Shown here in pieces: positions 25,574 through 36,145 of a stretch of 36,745 bases of DNA. Position 1 is the stretch's first letter; the number at the start of each line of letters is the position of its first letter. Made by a program: the position numbers and the translations under genes. Below the pieces are notes generated by a model. That model was given only the letters and a program-made list of their open reading frames with translations. It had not been told where the DNA came from and did not search any database. Location of the stretch: IMG/VR virus record IMGVR_UViG_2703718842_000001; one strand, 5' to 3'. Source of the stretch: a virus (taxonomy: Duplodnaviria > Heunggongvirae > Uroviricota > Caudoviricetes).

Positions 25574-26317
25574 ATGACCACACCAAATCCACTGGCAAAA
25601 ACGAAAGGTGCGGGAACGACGTTCTGGATGTACACCGGCAAGGGCGATGCGTTTGCGAACCCTTTATCGGACACTGACTGGCTGCGTCTTGCGATGGTGA
25701 AGGATCTGCAACCTGGCGAAATGACCGCTGATGCAGAAGATGACACTTATCTCGATGATGAAGATGCAGACTGGAAAACGACAACCCAGGGGCAGAAATC
25801 CGTCGGTGATACTTCGGCGACGCTGGCCTGGCGTCCGGGTGACAGCGGGCAGAAAAAACTGGTTCAGTTGTTCGACTCCGGTGAAGTCTGCGCGTTTCGT
25901 ATCAAATATCCCAACGGCACTGTTGATGTTTTCCGTGGCTGGCTGAGCTCACTGGGTAAAACCATTGCCTCAAAAGACGTGATGACCCGCACAGTGAAAA
26001 TCAGCGGTGTGGGGCGTCCGCATCTGGCAGAGGAAGGCACTGAAACAGTGAGCGTTACCGGGCTGACGGTGGCACCGGCATCTGCCAGTGTAAAAGTGGG
26101 AGCAACCACCACGCTGACCTTTACAGTAAAACCTGACGGAGCCAGTGACAAAGCGATCAGTGTGCATTCGACAGATCCACAGACTGCCACGGTGACCCTG
26201 AACGGGCTTGTGGCCACGGTGAAAGGCGTGAAGCAGGGCAGTGTCAGCATTGTGGGCATGACTTCTGACGGCGATTTTGTGGCCGTGGCTGCGGTGGCTG
26301 TCAGCGCCGCAGGTTAA
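25574..26317 (+). CDS. V: major tail protein V (247 aa) with C-terminal Ig-like domain
   Basis: ATG 25574 with AGGAGG RBS (ORF track start 25568 is GTG); C-terminal Big_2-like region (TVTGLTVAPASASVKVGATTTLTFTVKP). Confidence 0.85.
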   Translation: MTTPNPLAKTKGAGTTFWMYTGKGDAFANPLSDTDWLRLAMVKDLQPGEMTADAEDDTYLDDEDADWKTTTQGQKSVGDTSATLAWRPGDSGQKKLVQLFDSGEVCAFRIKYPNGTVDVFRGWLSSLGKTIASKDVMTRTVKISGVGRPHLAEEGTETVSVTGLTVAPASASVKVGATTTLTFTVKPDGASDKAISVHSTDPQTATVTLNGLVATVKGVKQGSVSIVGMTSDGDFVAVAAVAVSAAG

Positions 26318-26337
26318 CAGGACGATACTCATCATTT

Positions 26338-26361
26338 GCCCCGGTTATCCGGGGCTTTTTT
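26338..26361 (+). terminator. rho-independent terminator after V
   Basis: GCCCCGG TTAT CCGGGGC followed by TTTTTT. Confidence 0.6.
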
Positions 26362-26374
26362 GCAGGTGGAGAAC

Positions 26375-26764
26375 ATGATGTTTCTGAAACAGGGCTCGTT
26401 TAATTATGAAAAGCAGTCCGTGGTGCTCAGTGAGCTGTCCGGGCTGCAGAGAATTGAATATCTAGCGTTTGTTCAGCAGCGAACGGCAAAGTTTGATGCC
26501 GAAGAGGGAGAACTGCCGGAGGCTGAACGACAGATTGCTTTTCTGCGGATGGGGATGGATATCAATGCCTGGCTGGTTTCCCGCTCACTGTGGAATGCGG
26601 AACAGTCTCAGGATGTTGAGACGCTTTGCGCATCCGTTATTACAACATGGTCGTATGATGCCCTGGGAGCGGGGGCGGAGATGGTTCTGTCGCTGAGCGG
26701 TATGGGAGCCATTGAGAATGCCGGGGATTTGGAGCATGAGGTGCTGACGCCGGAAAAGTCCTGA
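26375..26764 (+). CDS. G: tail assembly chaperone G (129 aa)
   Basis: ATG 26375 with GGTGGAG RBS; MMFLKQGSFNYEKQSVVLSELSGLQRIEYLA parallels lambda gpG. Confidence 0.8.
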   Translation: MMFLKQGSFNYEKQSVVLSELSGLQRIEYLAFVQQRTAKFDAEEGELPEAERQIAFLRMGMDINAWLVSRSLWNAEQSQDVETLCASVITTWSYDALGAGAEMVLSLSGMGAIENAGDLEHEVLTPEKS

Positions 26765-27102
26765 CACGGGAAATGCAGTTTGTCATGCGGCTTGCCCGGG
26801 AGTTCCGGCGGGCAGACTGGCGGCGGATGCTGTCGGAAATGTCGGCCACTGAGCTTGGTGAATGGGGCGATTATTTCCGGATGCAGAGCTTCAGTGATGT
26901 GTGGATGGATGCGCAGTTTGCCTCGCTGAAGGCATTGATCGTGAGAATGGTGTCCGGCAGCAGTGATGCTGCGGTGGCTGATTTCAGCCTTTTACCGGAA
27001 GAGAACGGGATACCGGAGCGAACGGACGAAGAACTGATGCATCTTGGGGAAGGTATTTCCGGAGGTGTGCGTTATGGACCAGATAGCCAACCTGGTCATT
27101 GA
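26375..27102 (+). CDS. GT: tail assembly chaperone G-T fusion made by -1 ribosomal frameshift near 26752-26758
   Basis: T-frame ORF is open from 26740 in the -1 frame relative to G and overlaps the G 3' end; candidate slip site G GAA AAG (lambda uses G GGA AAG); T part ends 27102 overlapping H start. Confidence 0.65.
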
Positions 27103-30100
27103 TTTGGGGATTGATGCGGCAGAGTTTAAAAATGAAATTCCCCGTATCAAAAACCTTCTGAATGGTGCAGCCAGCGATGCAGAACGGTCTTCTGCCCGTA
27201 TGCAGCGTTTTATGGAGCGTCAGACTCAGGCCGCCCGGCAGACAATGCAGGCGGCTTCTTCGGCTGCAACAGCCGCATCCGTCCATGCGCAGACGGTGGA
27301 GAAGAGCGCACAGGCTCATGAACGCATGGCCCGCGAGGTGGAGCAAACCCGCCAGCGTATGGAGGCACTGAGCCAGAAAATGCGCGAGGAACAGGCGCAG
27401 GCCATGGCTCTGGCGGAGGCTCAGGATAAAGCGGCTGCCGCGTTTTATCGTCAGATTGACAGTGTGAAACAGGCCAGTGCGGGACTGCAGGAATTACAGC
27501 GTATTCAGCAGCAGATCCGACAGGCCAGAAACAGTGGCGGGATTGGTCAGCAGGATTATCTGGCGCTGATTTCTGAGGTTACGGCGAAAACCGGTGTTCT
27601 TACGCAGGCTGAGGCAGAGGCTACCCGACAGAAAGTGGCGTTTATCCGTCAGCTTAAAGAGCAGGCAACCCGCCAGAATCTTTCTTCTTCTGAGTTGCTT
27701 CGTGCTAAGGCTGCCCAGCTGGGGGTAAGCAGTGCTGCAGAAGTGTATATCCGCAAAATGGAGCAGGCAGGAAAAGCCACGCATTCGCTGGGTCTGAAAA
27801 GTGCAGCGGCCCGCCAGGAGATAGGCGTTCTGATAGGTGAACTGGCCCGCGGCAATTTAGGTGCGCTGAGGGGATCCGGGATAACGCTGGCTAACCGTGC
27901 CGGATGGATAGACACACTGATGTCACCGAAAGGCATGATGCTGGGCGGGGTTATTGGCGGTATTGCCGCGGCCGTCTATGGTCTGGGTAAAGCCTGGTAT
28001 GATGGTCAGAAGGAGGGGGAAGAATTTAACCGCCAGTTGTCGCTGACGGGGCATTATGCCGGAGTCACTGCCGGGCAGCTGTGGACGCTCAGTCGTGCTA
28101 TTTCCGGGAATGGTATTACGCAACATGCTGCAGCCGGTGCGCTGGCTCAGGTGGTGGGGAGTGGTGCATTTCGTGGAAACGATATCGGTATGGTGGCGAG
28201 AGCTGCCGCACAGATGGAGCGATCGGTTGGCCAGTCGGTCAGCGATACCATAAATCAGTTTAAGCGGCTGAAGGATGATCCTGTAAATGCCGCGAAGGCT
28301 CTGGACAATGAGCTGCATTTTCTTACTGCCACTCAGCTTGAGCAGATACGCGTCCTTGGGGAACAGGGGCGGTCCAGTGATGCGGCACGGATAGCCATGT
28401 CTGCACTGGCAGAGGAAACCGGTCGGCGTACTGCGGATATTGATAATAACCTCAATGCGCTGGGCAGTACGCTGAAGTATCTGTCTGATTTATGGAGTCG
28501 TTTCTGGGATGCGGCCATGAATATTGGTCGTGAAGACTCGCTGGATGAACAGATTTCCGCTTTACAGGAGAAAGTGTCGCGGGCGAAAAGACTCCCCTGG
28601 ACGGCATCATCTTCTCAGGTTGAATACGATCAGCAGCGTCTTAACGAGCTTCAGGAGAAAAAACGCCAGAAGGATTTGCAGGATGCAAAAGAGCAGGCAG
28701 AGCGGAATTATCAGGAGCAACAGAAACGCCGTAATGCTGAAAATGCTGCACTGAACCGGATGAATGAAACGGAAGCAGCACGACATCAGCGTGAAATTGC
28801 GCGTATTAATTCCATGCAGTACGCCGATCAGGCTGTCAGGGATGCGGCGATACAACGTGAAAATGAACGTTACGAGAAAGCCCTGGCATCCGGTAAGAAA
28901 AAAACACGCGAACCCCGTAATGATGAGGCCACCCGGTTATTGCTGCAGTACAGTCAGCAACAGGCACAGGTGGAAGGACAGATTGCTGCTGCCAGACAGT
29001 CAGCAGGCATTGCCACGGAAAGGATGACAGAAGCGCATAAACAGCTTCTGGCTCTGCAGCAGCGCATCAGCGACCTGGACGGGAAAAAACTGACGGCAGA
29101 TGAAAAGAGTGTGCTGGCCCGTAAAGATGAACTGATTCAGGCACTGACGCTGCTGGATGTAAAACAGCAGGAGCTTCAGAAACAGACGGCACTCAACGAG
29201 CTGAAGAAAAAAACAATTCAGCTGACCAGTCAACTGGCTGAAGAAGAGCGCGCTCAGCGTCAGCAACATGACCTGGATATCGCCACGGTGGGTATGGGTG
29301 ATCAGCAGCGGCAGCGATATCAGGTACAACTGAGTCTTCGCCAGAAATACCAGCAACAGCTGGAGCAGTTGAGGCGGGATAGTGAGCAGAAAGGAACATA
29401 TAACACGGATGACTACAGAAAGGCCGAGCAGGCGCTGACGGAGAGCCTGAACCGACAACTGAATGAGAATCGCCGTTACTGGCAACAGCTTGAAGTTGTG
29501 CAGGGTAACTGGAAAAACGGAGTCCTGCGTGCATTTCAGGATTTTACCGTGGATGCAGATAATACGGCAGGAACAGCAGAACAGGTGTTCTCGTCAGCCT
29601 TCAGCAACATGGGAAATGGCCTGGCAACTTTTGTCACTACCGGCAAACTCAATTTCAAATCCTTCACCTCTTCTGTGCTGTCAGATATGGCGAAAATCCT
29701 GGCGCAGGCAACCATGATGAAATCGATAAAAGGGATTGGCAGTGTACTGGGATTTGATCTCAGCAGCCTTTCCCTGAATGCCAATGGGGGGATTTATCAG
29801 TCTGCTGATTTGAGTCGTTACAGTGGCACGGTGGTTAACCGTCCGACATTTTTTGCTTTTGCAAAAGGCGCGGGTGTGATGGGGGAAGCGGGACCTGAAG
29901 CCATTCTGCCACTGCGTCGTGGTGCTGACGGTAAGCTGGGGGTTGTGGCGGATATTGGTGGTTCAGGTATGGCGATGTTTGCCCCGCAGTACAACATCGA
30001 GATCAATAACGATGGCACGAACGGGCAGATAGGTCCGGCTGCCCTGAAGGTGGTTTATGACCTCGGGAAAAAAGCGGCAGCGGACTTTATGCAACAGCAG

Positions 30101-30139
30101 GCCCGTGATGGTGGTCGGTTAAGTGGAGCATATCGGTAA
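27074..30139 (+). CDS. H: tail tape measure protein H (1021 aa)
   Basis: GGAGGTG RBS; N-terminus MDQIANLVIDLGIDAAEF and C-terminus NNDGTNGQIGPAALKVVYDLGKK resemble lambda H; coiled-coil-rich, Q/A/E-rich middle. Confidence 0.9.
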   Translation: MDQIANLVIDLGIDAAEFKNEIPRIKNLLNGAASDAERSSARMQRFMERQTQAARQTMQAASSAATAASVHAQTVEKSAQAHERMAREVEQTRQRMEALSQKMREEQAQAMALAEAQDKAAAAFYRQIDSVKQASAGLQELQRIQQQIRQARNSGGIGQQDYLALISEVTAKTGVLTQAEAEATRQKVAFIRQLKEQATRQNLSSSELLRAKAAQLGVSSAAEVYIRKMEQAGKATHSLGLKSAAARQEIGVLIGELARGNLGALRGSGITLANRAGWIDTLMSPKGMMLGGVIGGIAAAVYGLGKAWYDGQKEGEEFNRQLSLTGHYAGVTAGQLWTLSRAISGNGITQHAAAGALAQVVGSGAFRGNDIGMVARAAAQMERSVGQSVSDTINQFKRLKDDPVNAAKALDNELHFLTATQLEQIRVLGEQGRSSDAARIAMSALAEETGRRTADIDNNLNALGSTLKYLSDLWSRFWDAAMNIGREDSLDEQISALQEKVSRAKRLPWTASSSQVEYDQQRLNELQEKKRQKDLQDAKEQAERNYQEQQKRRNAENAALNRMNETEAARHQREIARINSMQYADQAVRDAAIQRENERYEKALASGKKKTREPRNDEATRLLLQYSQQQAQVEGQIAAARQSAGIATERMTEAHKQLLALQQRISDLDGKKLTADEKSVLARKDELIQALTLLDVKQQELQKQTALNELKKKTIQLTSQLAEEERAQRQQHDLDIATVGMGDQQRQRYQVQLSLRQKYQQQLEQLRRDSEQKGTYNTDDYRKAEQALTESLNRQLNENRRYWQQLEVVQGNWKNGVLRAFQDFTVDADNTAGTAEQVFSSAFSNMGNGLATFVTTGKLNFKSFTSSVLSDMAKILAQATMMKSIKGIGSVLGFDLSSLSLNANGGIYQSADLSRYSGTVVNRPTFFAFAKGAGVMGEAGPEAILPLRRGADGKLGVVADIGGSGMAMFAPQYNIEINNDGTNGQIGPAALKVVYDLGKKAAADFMQQQARDGGRLSGAYR

Positions 30140-30468
30140 TGGAGACGTTTCACTGGAAAGTGCGCCCGGATATGAATGTGGTATCAGAGCCGAAAGTGGT
30201 GACAGTGAAGCTGGGCGATGGTTATGAACAGCGTCGTGCGGCGGGACTGAATAACCAGTTGTCGACTTACAGCGTGACGATACGTGTTCGTAAATGTGAA
30301 CACCCATCTTTAAAAGCCTTTCTGGAACGGCACGGTGGCGTCCGCGCATTTCAGTGGACGCCACCTTATGACTGGAAGCCGATCAGGGTGGTTTGTCGTA
30401 AATGGTCGGCAAGCGTGGGGGCGCTGTGGATAACCATAACGGCAGATTTTGAACAGGTCGTGGCATAG
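30139..30468 (+). CDS. M: tail tip protein M (109 aa)
   Basis: TAATG overlap with H; METFHWKVRPDMNVVSEP..GDGYEQR..FQWTPPYDW..FEQVV parallels lambda gpM. Confidence 0.9.
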   Translation: METFHWKVRPDMNVVSEPKVVTVKLGDGYEQRRAAGLNNQLSTYSVTIRVRKCEHPSLKAFLERHGGVRAFQWTPPYDWKPIRVVCRKWSASVGALWITITADFEQVVA

Positions 30469-30477
30469 GAGGCTCTG

Positions 30478-31176
30478 ATGCAGGATATTCCACAGGAAAC
30501 ACATCATGAGACGACACGCCTCACTCAGTCAGCCCAGGTGGTGCTCTGGGAAATCGATCTGACAGAGGTCGGTGGTGAACGTTATTTTTTCTGTAATGAG
30601 CAGAACGAAAAAGGTGAGCCGGTTACCTGGCAGGGGCGGCAGTATCAGGCATACCCCATTCAGGGGACGGGATTTGAACTGAATGGCAAGGGCAGTGCTG
30701 CCCGTCCGACACTGACGGTTTCTAACCTGCACGGCATAGTCACCGGGATGGCGGAAGACCTGCAGAGTCTGGTCGGCGGAACGGTGGTCCGGCGTAAGGT
30801 TTACGCCCGTTTTCTGGATGCGGTGAACTTCGTCAACGGAAACAGTGACGCCGATCCGGAGCAGGAGGTGATCAGCCGCTGGCGCATCGAGCAGTGCAGC
30901 GAACTGAGCGCGGTGAGTGCCTCTTTTGTACTGTCCACGCCGACGGAAACGGACGGTGCCGTTTTTCCGGGACGTATCATGCTGGCCAACACCTGCACCT
31001 GGACCTATCGCGGTGACGAGTGCGGTTATCACGGTCCGGCGGTCGCGGATGAATATGATCAGCCGACGTCCGATATCACGAAGGATAAATGCAGCAAATG
31101 CCTGAGCGGCTGTAAGTTTCGCAATAACGTCGGCAACTTTGGCGGCTTCCTTTCCATTAACAAACTTTCGCAGTGA
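30478..31176 (+). CDS. L: tail tip protein L (232 aa)
   Basis: AGGAGG RBS; same length as lambda L; Cys cluster near C-terminus (CTWTYRGDECGYHGP..CSKCLSGC). Confidence 0.9.
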   Translation: MQDIPQETHHETTRLTQSAQVVLWEIDLTEVGGERYFFCNEQNEKGEPVTWQGRQYQAYPIQGTGFELNGKGSAARPTLTVSNLHGIVTGMAEDLQSLVGGTVVRRKVYARFLDAVNFVNGNSDADPEQEVISRWRIEQCSELSAVSASFVLSTPTETDGAVFPGRIMLANTCTWTYRGDECGYHGPAVADEYDQPTSDITKDKCSKCLSGCKFRNNVGNFGGFLSINKLSQ

Positions 31177-31181
31177 ATCCC

Positions 31182-31925
31182 ATGACAGAGACAGAATCAG
31201 CGATTCTGGCGCACGCCCGGCGATGTGCGCCAGCGGAGTCGTGCGGCTTCGTGGTGAGAACACCGGAGGGAGAAAGATATTTTCCCTGCGTGAATATATC
31301 TGGTGAGCCGGAGGCGTATTTCCGGATGTCGCCGGAGGACTGGCTGAGTGCAGAAATGCAGGGAGAGATTGTGGCGCTGGTCCACAGCCACCCCGGTGGT
31401 CTGCCCTGGCTGAGTGAGGCCGACCGGCGGCTGCAGGTGCAGAGTGATTTGCCGTGGTGGCTGGTCTGCCGGGGGGCGATTCATAAATTCCGCTGTGTGC
31501 CGCATCTCACCGGGCGGCGCTTTGAGCACGGGGTGACGGACTGTTACACGCTGTTCCGGGACGCTTACCATCTGGCGGGAATTGAGATGCCGGATTTTCA
31601 TCGCGGGGATGACTGGTGGCGTCACGGCCAGAATCTCTATCTTGACAATATGGAGGCAACGGGTTTTTACCGTGTCCCACTGACAGAGGCGCAGCCTGGC
31701 GACGTGCTGCTGTGCTGTTTTGGTTCATCGGTGCCGAATCATGCCGCCATTTACTGTGGCGACGGCGAGCTGCTGCACCATATTCCTGAACAACTGAGTA
31801 AACGAGAGAGGTACACCGACAAATGGCAGCGACGCACACACTCCCTCTGGCGTCACCGGGCATGGCACGCATCTGCCTTTACGGGGATTTGCAACGATTT
31901 GGTCGCCGTATCGACCTTCGTGTGA
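31182..31925 (+). CDS. K: tail assembly protein K (MPN/JAB + NlpC/P60-like); start uncertain
   Basis: ATG 31182 just after L stop; HSHPGG motif (JAMM-like) and Cys/His region; lambda K-like throughout. Confidence 0.85.
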   Translation: MTETESAILAHARRCAPAESCGFVVRTPEGERYFPCVNISGEPEAYFRMSPEDWLSAEMQGEIVALVHSHPGGLPWLSEADRRLQVQSDLPWWLVCRGAIHKFRCVPHLTGRRFEHGVTDCYTLFRDAYHLAGIEMPDFHRGDDWWRHGQNLYLDNMEATGFYRVPLTEAQPGDVLLCCFGSSVPNHAAIYCGDGELLHHIPEQLSKRERYTDKWQRRTHSLWRHRAWHASAFTGICNDLVAVSTFV

Positions 31926-32470
31926 AAACGGGGGCTGAAGCCATCCGGGCACTGGCCACACAGCTCCCGGTGTTTCGTCAGAAACTGAATGAGGGCTGGT
32001 ATCAGGTGCGCATTGCCGGGCGTGATGCAGGCGAAAATGAATTATCTGCCCGTCTTAATGAGCCGCTGGCAAATGGTGCCGTGATCCACATCGTGCCGCG
32101 TCTGGCGGGAGCTAAAAGTGGCGGTGTGTTTCAGGTGGTGCTTGGGGCGGCGCTGATTGCGGTGGCATGGTGGAACCCTGTGGGCTGGCTGGGGGCCGCG
32201 GCTGTATCGGGCATGTATGCGGCAGGGGCCAGTATGATCCTGGGCGGAGTGGCGCAGATGCTGGCACCGAAAGCCAGGACGCCCACGGCAGCCAGTACAG
32301 ATAACGGCAAACAGAACACCTATTTCTCCTCACGGGATAACATGGTTGCCCAGGGCAATGTTCTGCCTGTTCTGTACGGTGAAATGCGCGTGGGGTCACG
32401 TGTGGTTTCTCAGGAGATCAGCACGGCAGACGAAGGGGATGGTGGTCAGGTTGTGGTGATTGGTCGCTGA
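31823..32470 (+). CDS. I: tail assembly protein I (215 aa)
   Basis: MAATHTLPLASPGMARICLYGDLQRFGRRIDLRVKTG and C-terminal NGKQNTYFSSRDNMVAQGNVLPVLYGEMRVGSRVVSQEI as in lambda I; overlaps K 3' end. Confidence 0.85.
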   Translation: MAATHTLPLASPGMARICLYGDLQRFGRRIDLRVKTGAEAIRALATQLPVFRQKLNEGWYQVRIAGRDAGENELSARLNEPLANGAVIHIVPRLAGAKSGGVFQVVLGAALIAVAWWNPVGWLGAAAVSGMYAAGASMILGGVAQMLAPKARTPTAASTDNGKQNTYFSSRDNMVAQGNVLPVLYGEMRVGSRVVSQEISTADEGDGGQVVVIGR

Positions 32471-32476
32471 TGCAAA

Positions 32477-32568
32477 ATGTTTTATGTGAAACCGCCTCCG
32501 GGCGGTTTTGTCGTTTATGGAACATGTTTTATGTGAAACCGCCTGCGGGCGGTTTTGTCGTTTATGGA
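32477..32568 (+). repeat. tandem duplication of a 45-nt hairpin-containing element between I and J (period 47 bp)
   Basis: units 32477-32521 and 32524-32568 differ at one base; each holds stem AAACCGCC/GGCGGTTT with a 4-nt loop (TCCG or TGCG) followed by TGTCGTTTATGG. Confidence 0.8.
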
Positions 32569-32577
32569 GCATGAGGA

Positions 32578-35500
32578 ATGGGTAAAGGCAGCAGTAAGGG
32601 GCATACCCCGCGCGAAGCGAAGGACAACCTCAAATCCACGCAGTTGCTGAGTGTGATCGATGTCATCAGCGAAGGGCCGGTTGAAGGTCCGGTGGATGGG
32701 TTAAAAAGCGTGCTGCTGAACAGTACGCCGGTGCTGGACACTGAGGGGAATACCAATATCTCTGGTGTCACGGTGGTGTTCCGGGCAGGTGAGCAGGAGC
32801 AGACTCCGCCGGAGGGGTTTGAATCCTCCGGCTCCGAGACGGTGCTGGGTACGGAAGTGAAATATGACACGCCGATCACCCGCACCATCACGTCGGCAAA
32901 CATCGACCGTCTGCGCTTTACCTTCGGTGTGCAGGCACTGGTGGAAACCACCTCAAAAGGGGACCGGAATCCGTCGGAAGTTCGCCTGCTGGTTCAGATA
33001 CAGCGTAATGGTGGCTGGGTGACGGAAAAAGACATCACCATTAAGGGCAAAACCACCTCGCAGTATCTGGCCTCGGTGGTGGTGGATAACCTGCCGCCGC
33101 GCCCGTTTAATATCCGGATGCGCAGGATGACGCCGGACAGCACCACAGACCAGCTGCAGAACAAAACGCTCTGGTCGTCATACACCGAAATCATCGATGT
33201 GAAACAGTGCTACCCGAACACGGCACTGGTCGGCGTACAGGTGGATTCGGAGCAGTTCGGCAGCCAGCAGGTGAGCCGTAATTATCATCTTCGCGGGCGT
33301 ATTCTGCAGGTGCCGTCGAACTATAACCCGCAGACGCGGCAATACAGCGGTATCTGGGACGGAACGTTTAAGCCAGCATACAGCAACAACATGGCCTGGT
33401 GTCTGTGGGATATGCTGACCCACCCGCGCTACGGCATGGGTAAACGTCTTGGTGCGGCAGATGTGGATAAATGGGCGCTGTATGTCATCGGCCAGTACTG
33501 CGACCAGTCGGTGCCGGACGGTTTTGGCGGCACGGAGCCGCGCATCACCTGTAATGCCTGGCTGACCACACAGCGTAAGGCGTGGGATGTTCTCAGTGAT
33601 TTCTGCTCGGCGATGCGCTGTATGCCGGTATGGAACGGGCAGACGCTGACGTTCGTGCAGGACCGACCATCAGATAAGGTGTGGACCTATAACCGCAGTA
33701 ATGTGGTGATGCCGGATGATGGCGCGCCGTTCCGCTACAGCTTCAGCGCCCTGAAGGACCGCCATAATGCCGTTGAGGTGAACTGGATTGACCCGGATAA
33801 CGGCTGGGAGACGGCGACAGAGCTTGTTGAAGATACGCAGGCCATTGCCCGTTACGGTCGTAACGTCACGAAGATGGATGCCTTTGGCTGTACCAGCCGG
33901 GGGCAGGCGCACCGCGCCGGGCTGTGGCTGATTAAAACGGAACTGCTGGAAACGCAGACCGTGGACTTCAGCGTGGGTGCGGAAGGGCTTCGCCATGTAC
34001 CGGGGGATGTCATTGAAATCTGCGATGATGACTATGCGGGTATCCGCACCGGTGGGCGCGTGCTGGCGGTGAACAGCCAGACCCGGACGCTGACGCTCGA
34101 CCGTGAAATCACGCTGCCATCCTCCGGTACCACGCTGATAAGCCTGGTTGACGGAAGTGGCAATCCGGTCAGCGTGGAGGTCCAGTCCGTCACCGACGGC
34201 GTGAAGGTAAAAGTGAGCCGTGTTCCTGACGGCGTTGCCGGATACAGCGTGTGGGGGCTGAAGCTGCCGACGCTGCGCCAGCGCCTGTTCCGCTGCGTGA
34301 GTATCCGTGAGAACGACGACGGCACGTATGCCATCACCGCCGTGCAGCATGTACCGGAAAAAGAAGCCATCGTGGATAACGGGGCGCACTTTGACGGCGA
34401 CCAGAGCGGCACGGTGAATGGTGTCACGCCGCCAGCGGTGCAGCATCTGACCGCAGAAGTCACCGCAGACAGCGGGGAATACCAGGTGCTGGCCCGCTGG
34501 GACACGCCGAAGGTGGTGAAGGGCGTGAGCTTCCTGCTTCGCCTGACCGTGGCAGCGGATGACGGCAGTGAGCGACTGGTCAGCACGGCCCGGACGACGG
34601 AAACCACATACCGCTTCACGCAACTGGCGCTGGGGAACTACAGGCTGACAGTCCGGGCGGTAAATGCGTGGGGACAGCAGGGCGATCCGGCATCGGTATC
34701 GTTCCGGATTGCCGCACCGGCAGCGCCGTCGCGGATTGAGCTGACGCCGGGCTATTTTCAGATAACCGCCACGCCGCATCTTGCGGTTTATGACCCGACG
34801 GTACAGTTTGAGTTCTGGTTCTCGGAAAAACGGATTGCGGATATCAGGCAGGTTGAAACCAGCGCGCGTTATCTTGGTACGGCACTGTACTGGATAGCCG
34901 CCAGTATCAATATCAAACCGGGCCATAATTATTATTTTTACGTTCGCAGTGTGAACACCGTTGGCAAATCGGCATTCGTGGAGGCTGTTGGTCAGCCGAG
35001 TGATAATGCATCCGGCTATCTGGATTTTTTCAAAGGCGAGATAGGGAAAACCCATCTGGCTCAGGAGCTGTGGACGCAGATTGATAACGGTCAGCTTGCG
35101 CCTGACCTGACTGAAATCAGGACGTCCATAACGGATGTCAGCAATGAAATAACACAGACCGTCAATAAGAAACTGGAAGACCAGAGTGCAGCGATCCAGC
35201 AGATACAGAAGGTTCAGGTTGATACAAATAATAACCTGAACAGCATGTGGGCAGTGAAGCTGCAGCAGATGCAGGATGGACGCCTTTATATTGCGGGTAT
35301 CGGTGCCGGTATTGAGAACACCCCTGACGGCATGCAGAGTCAGGTGCTGCTGGCAGCAGACAGGATTGCGATGATTAATCCTGCGAATGGCAACACAAAG
35401 CCGATGTTTGTTGGTCAGGGCGATCAGATATTCATGAATGAAGTGTTCCTGAAACGCCTGACGGCCCCCACCATTACCAGCGGCGGTAATCCTCCGGCAT

Positions 35501-36075
35501 TTTCCCTGACATCAGACGGGAGACTGACGGCGAAAAATGCGGATATCAGTGGCAGTGTGAATGCGAACTCAGGAACGCTCAACAATGTCACGATTAACCA
35601 GAACTGTACGATTAAGGGCATGCTGGAGGCGACCCAGGTCAGAGGAGATTTCGTTAAAGCTGTATCAAAAGCCTTCCCGAAAAAAGTCGGTACGTGGGGT
35701 AACACGGAAACACCAAACGGTACGGTTACAGTCACCATCAGCGATGATCATAACTTTGACCGCCAGATTATTATTCCGCCCATTATTTTTAACGGTATAG
35801 CGTATGACGATCCGGGGAGCGGAAATAACCCAGGAGGCACGCGATACACGGGTTATGGTTTTGAAGTTCGCAAAAACGGCGTATTAATCGCATCCAGAGA
35901 AACTAAAGGGGCCATTCCCGGTAGTTACAGTGCAGTTATTGATATGCCGAGTGGCAGGGGAAGCGTCACTCTGGAGTTTAAGATTTTCCAGAAAGGCAAT
36001 CAGGGGGCAGGCAATATCACCGACTGTACGGTGATTGTGACCAAAAAAGCCGCTTCCGGCATCAGTATTCGTTGA
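32578..36075 (+). CDS. J: tail tip / host specificity protein J (1165 aa)
   Basis: GGAG RBS at 32566-32569; N-terminus [24 protein letters not shown] and most of the length resemble lambda J; fibronectin-like repeats; C-terminal receptor-binding region. Confidence 0.92.
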   Translation: MGKGSSKGHTPREAKDNLKSTQLLSVIDVISEGPVEGPVDGLKSVLLNSTPVLDTEGNTNISGVTVVFRAGEQEQTPPEGFESSGSETVLGTEVKYDTPITRTITSANIDRLRFTFGVQALVETTSKGDRNPSEVRLLVQIQRNGGWVTEKDITIKGKTTSQYLASVVVDNLPPRPFNIRMRRMTPDSTTDQLQNKTLWSSYTEIIDVKQCYPNTALVGVQVDSEQFGSQQVSRNYHLRGRILQVPSNYNPQTRQYSGIWDGTFKPAYSNNMAWCLWDMLTHPRYGMGKRLGAADVDKWALYVIGQYCDQSVPDGFGGTEPRITCNAWLTTQRKAWDVLSDFCSAMRCMPVWNGQTLTFVQDRPSDKVWTYNRSNVVMPDDGAPFRYSFSALKDRHNAVEVNWIDPDNGWETATELVEDTQAIARYGRNVTKMDAFGCTSRGQAHRAGLWLIKTELLETQTVDFSVGAEGLRHVPGDVIEICDDDYAGIRTGGRVLAVNSQTRTLTLDREITLPSSGTTLISLVDGSGNPVSVEVQSVTDGVKVKVSRVPDGVAGYSVWGLKLPTLRQRLFRCVSIRENDDGTYAITAVQHVPEKEAIVDNGAHFDGDQSGTVNGVTPPAVQHLTAEVTADSGEYQVLARWDTPKVVKGVSFLLRLTVAADDGSERLVSTARTTETTYRFTQLALGNYRLTVRAVNAWGQQGDPASVSFRIAAPAAPSRIELTPGYFQITATPHLAVYDPTVQFEFWFSEKRIADIRQVETSARYLGTALYWIAASINIKPGHNYYFYVRSVNTVGKSAFVEAVGQPSDNASGYLDFFKGEIGKTHLAQELWTQIDNGQLAPDLTEIRTSITDVSNEITQTVNKKLEDQSAAIQQIQKVQVDTNNNLNSMWAVKLQQMQDGRLYIAGIGAGIENTPDGMQSQVLLAADRIAMINPANGNTKPMFVGQGDQIFMNEVFLKRLTAPTITSGGNPPAFSLTSDGRLTAKNADISGSVNANSGTLNNVTINQNCTIKGMLEATQVRGDFVKAVSKAFPKKVGTWGNTETPNGTVTVTISDDHNFDRQIIIPPIIFNGIAYDDPGSGNNPGGTRYTGYGFEVRKNGVLIASRETKGAIPGSYSAVIDMPSGRGSVTLEFKIFQKGNQGAGNITDCTVIVTKKAASGISIR

Positions 36076-36097
36076 AATATTTATAACCCCAATAAAG

Positions 36098-36121
36098 GGC
36101 GTCAGGAATGACGCCTTTTTT
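36098..36121 (+). terminator. rho-independent terminator after J
   Basis: GGCGTCA GGAA TGACGCC followed by TTTTTT. Confidence 0.65.
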
Positions 36122-36145
36122 ATTGCAGAAAAGCGAGAGGTAATT

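Noticed and set aside
30529-31263. 244-aa minus-strand ORF opposite L/K
   Set aside because: Antisense shadow ORF across two well-supported tail genes.
33670-35055. 461-aa minus-strand ORF inside J
   Set aside because: Arg-rich, low-complexity translation of the antisense strand of a strongly supported J gene; no independent support.
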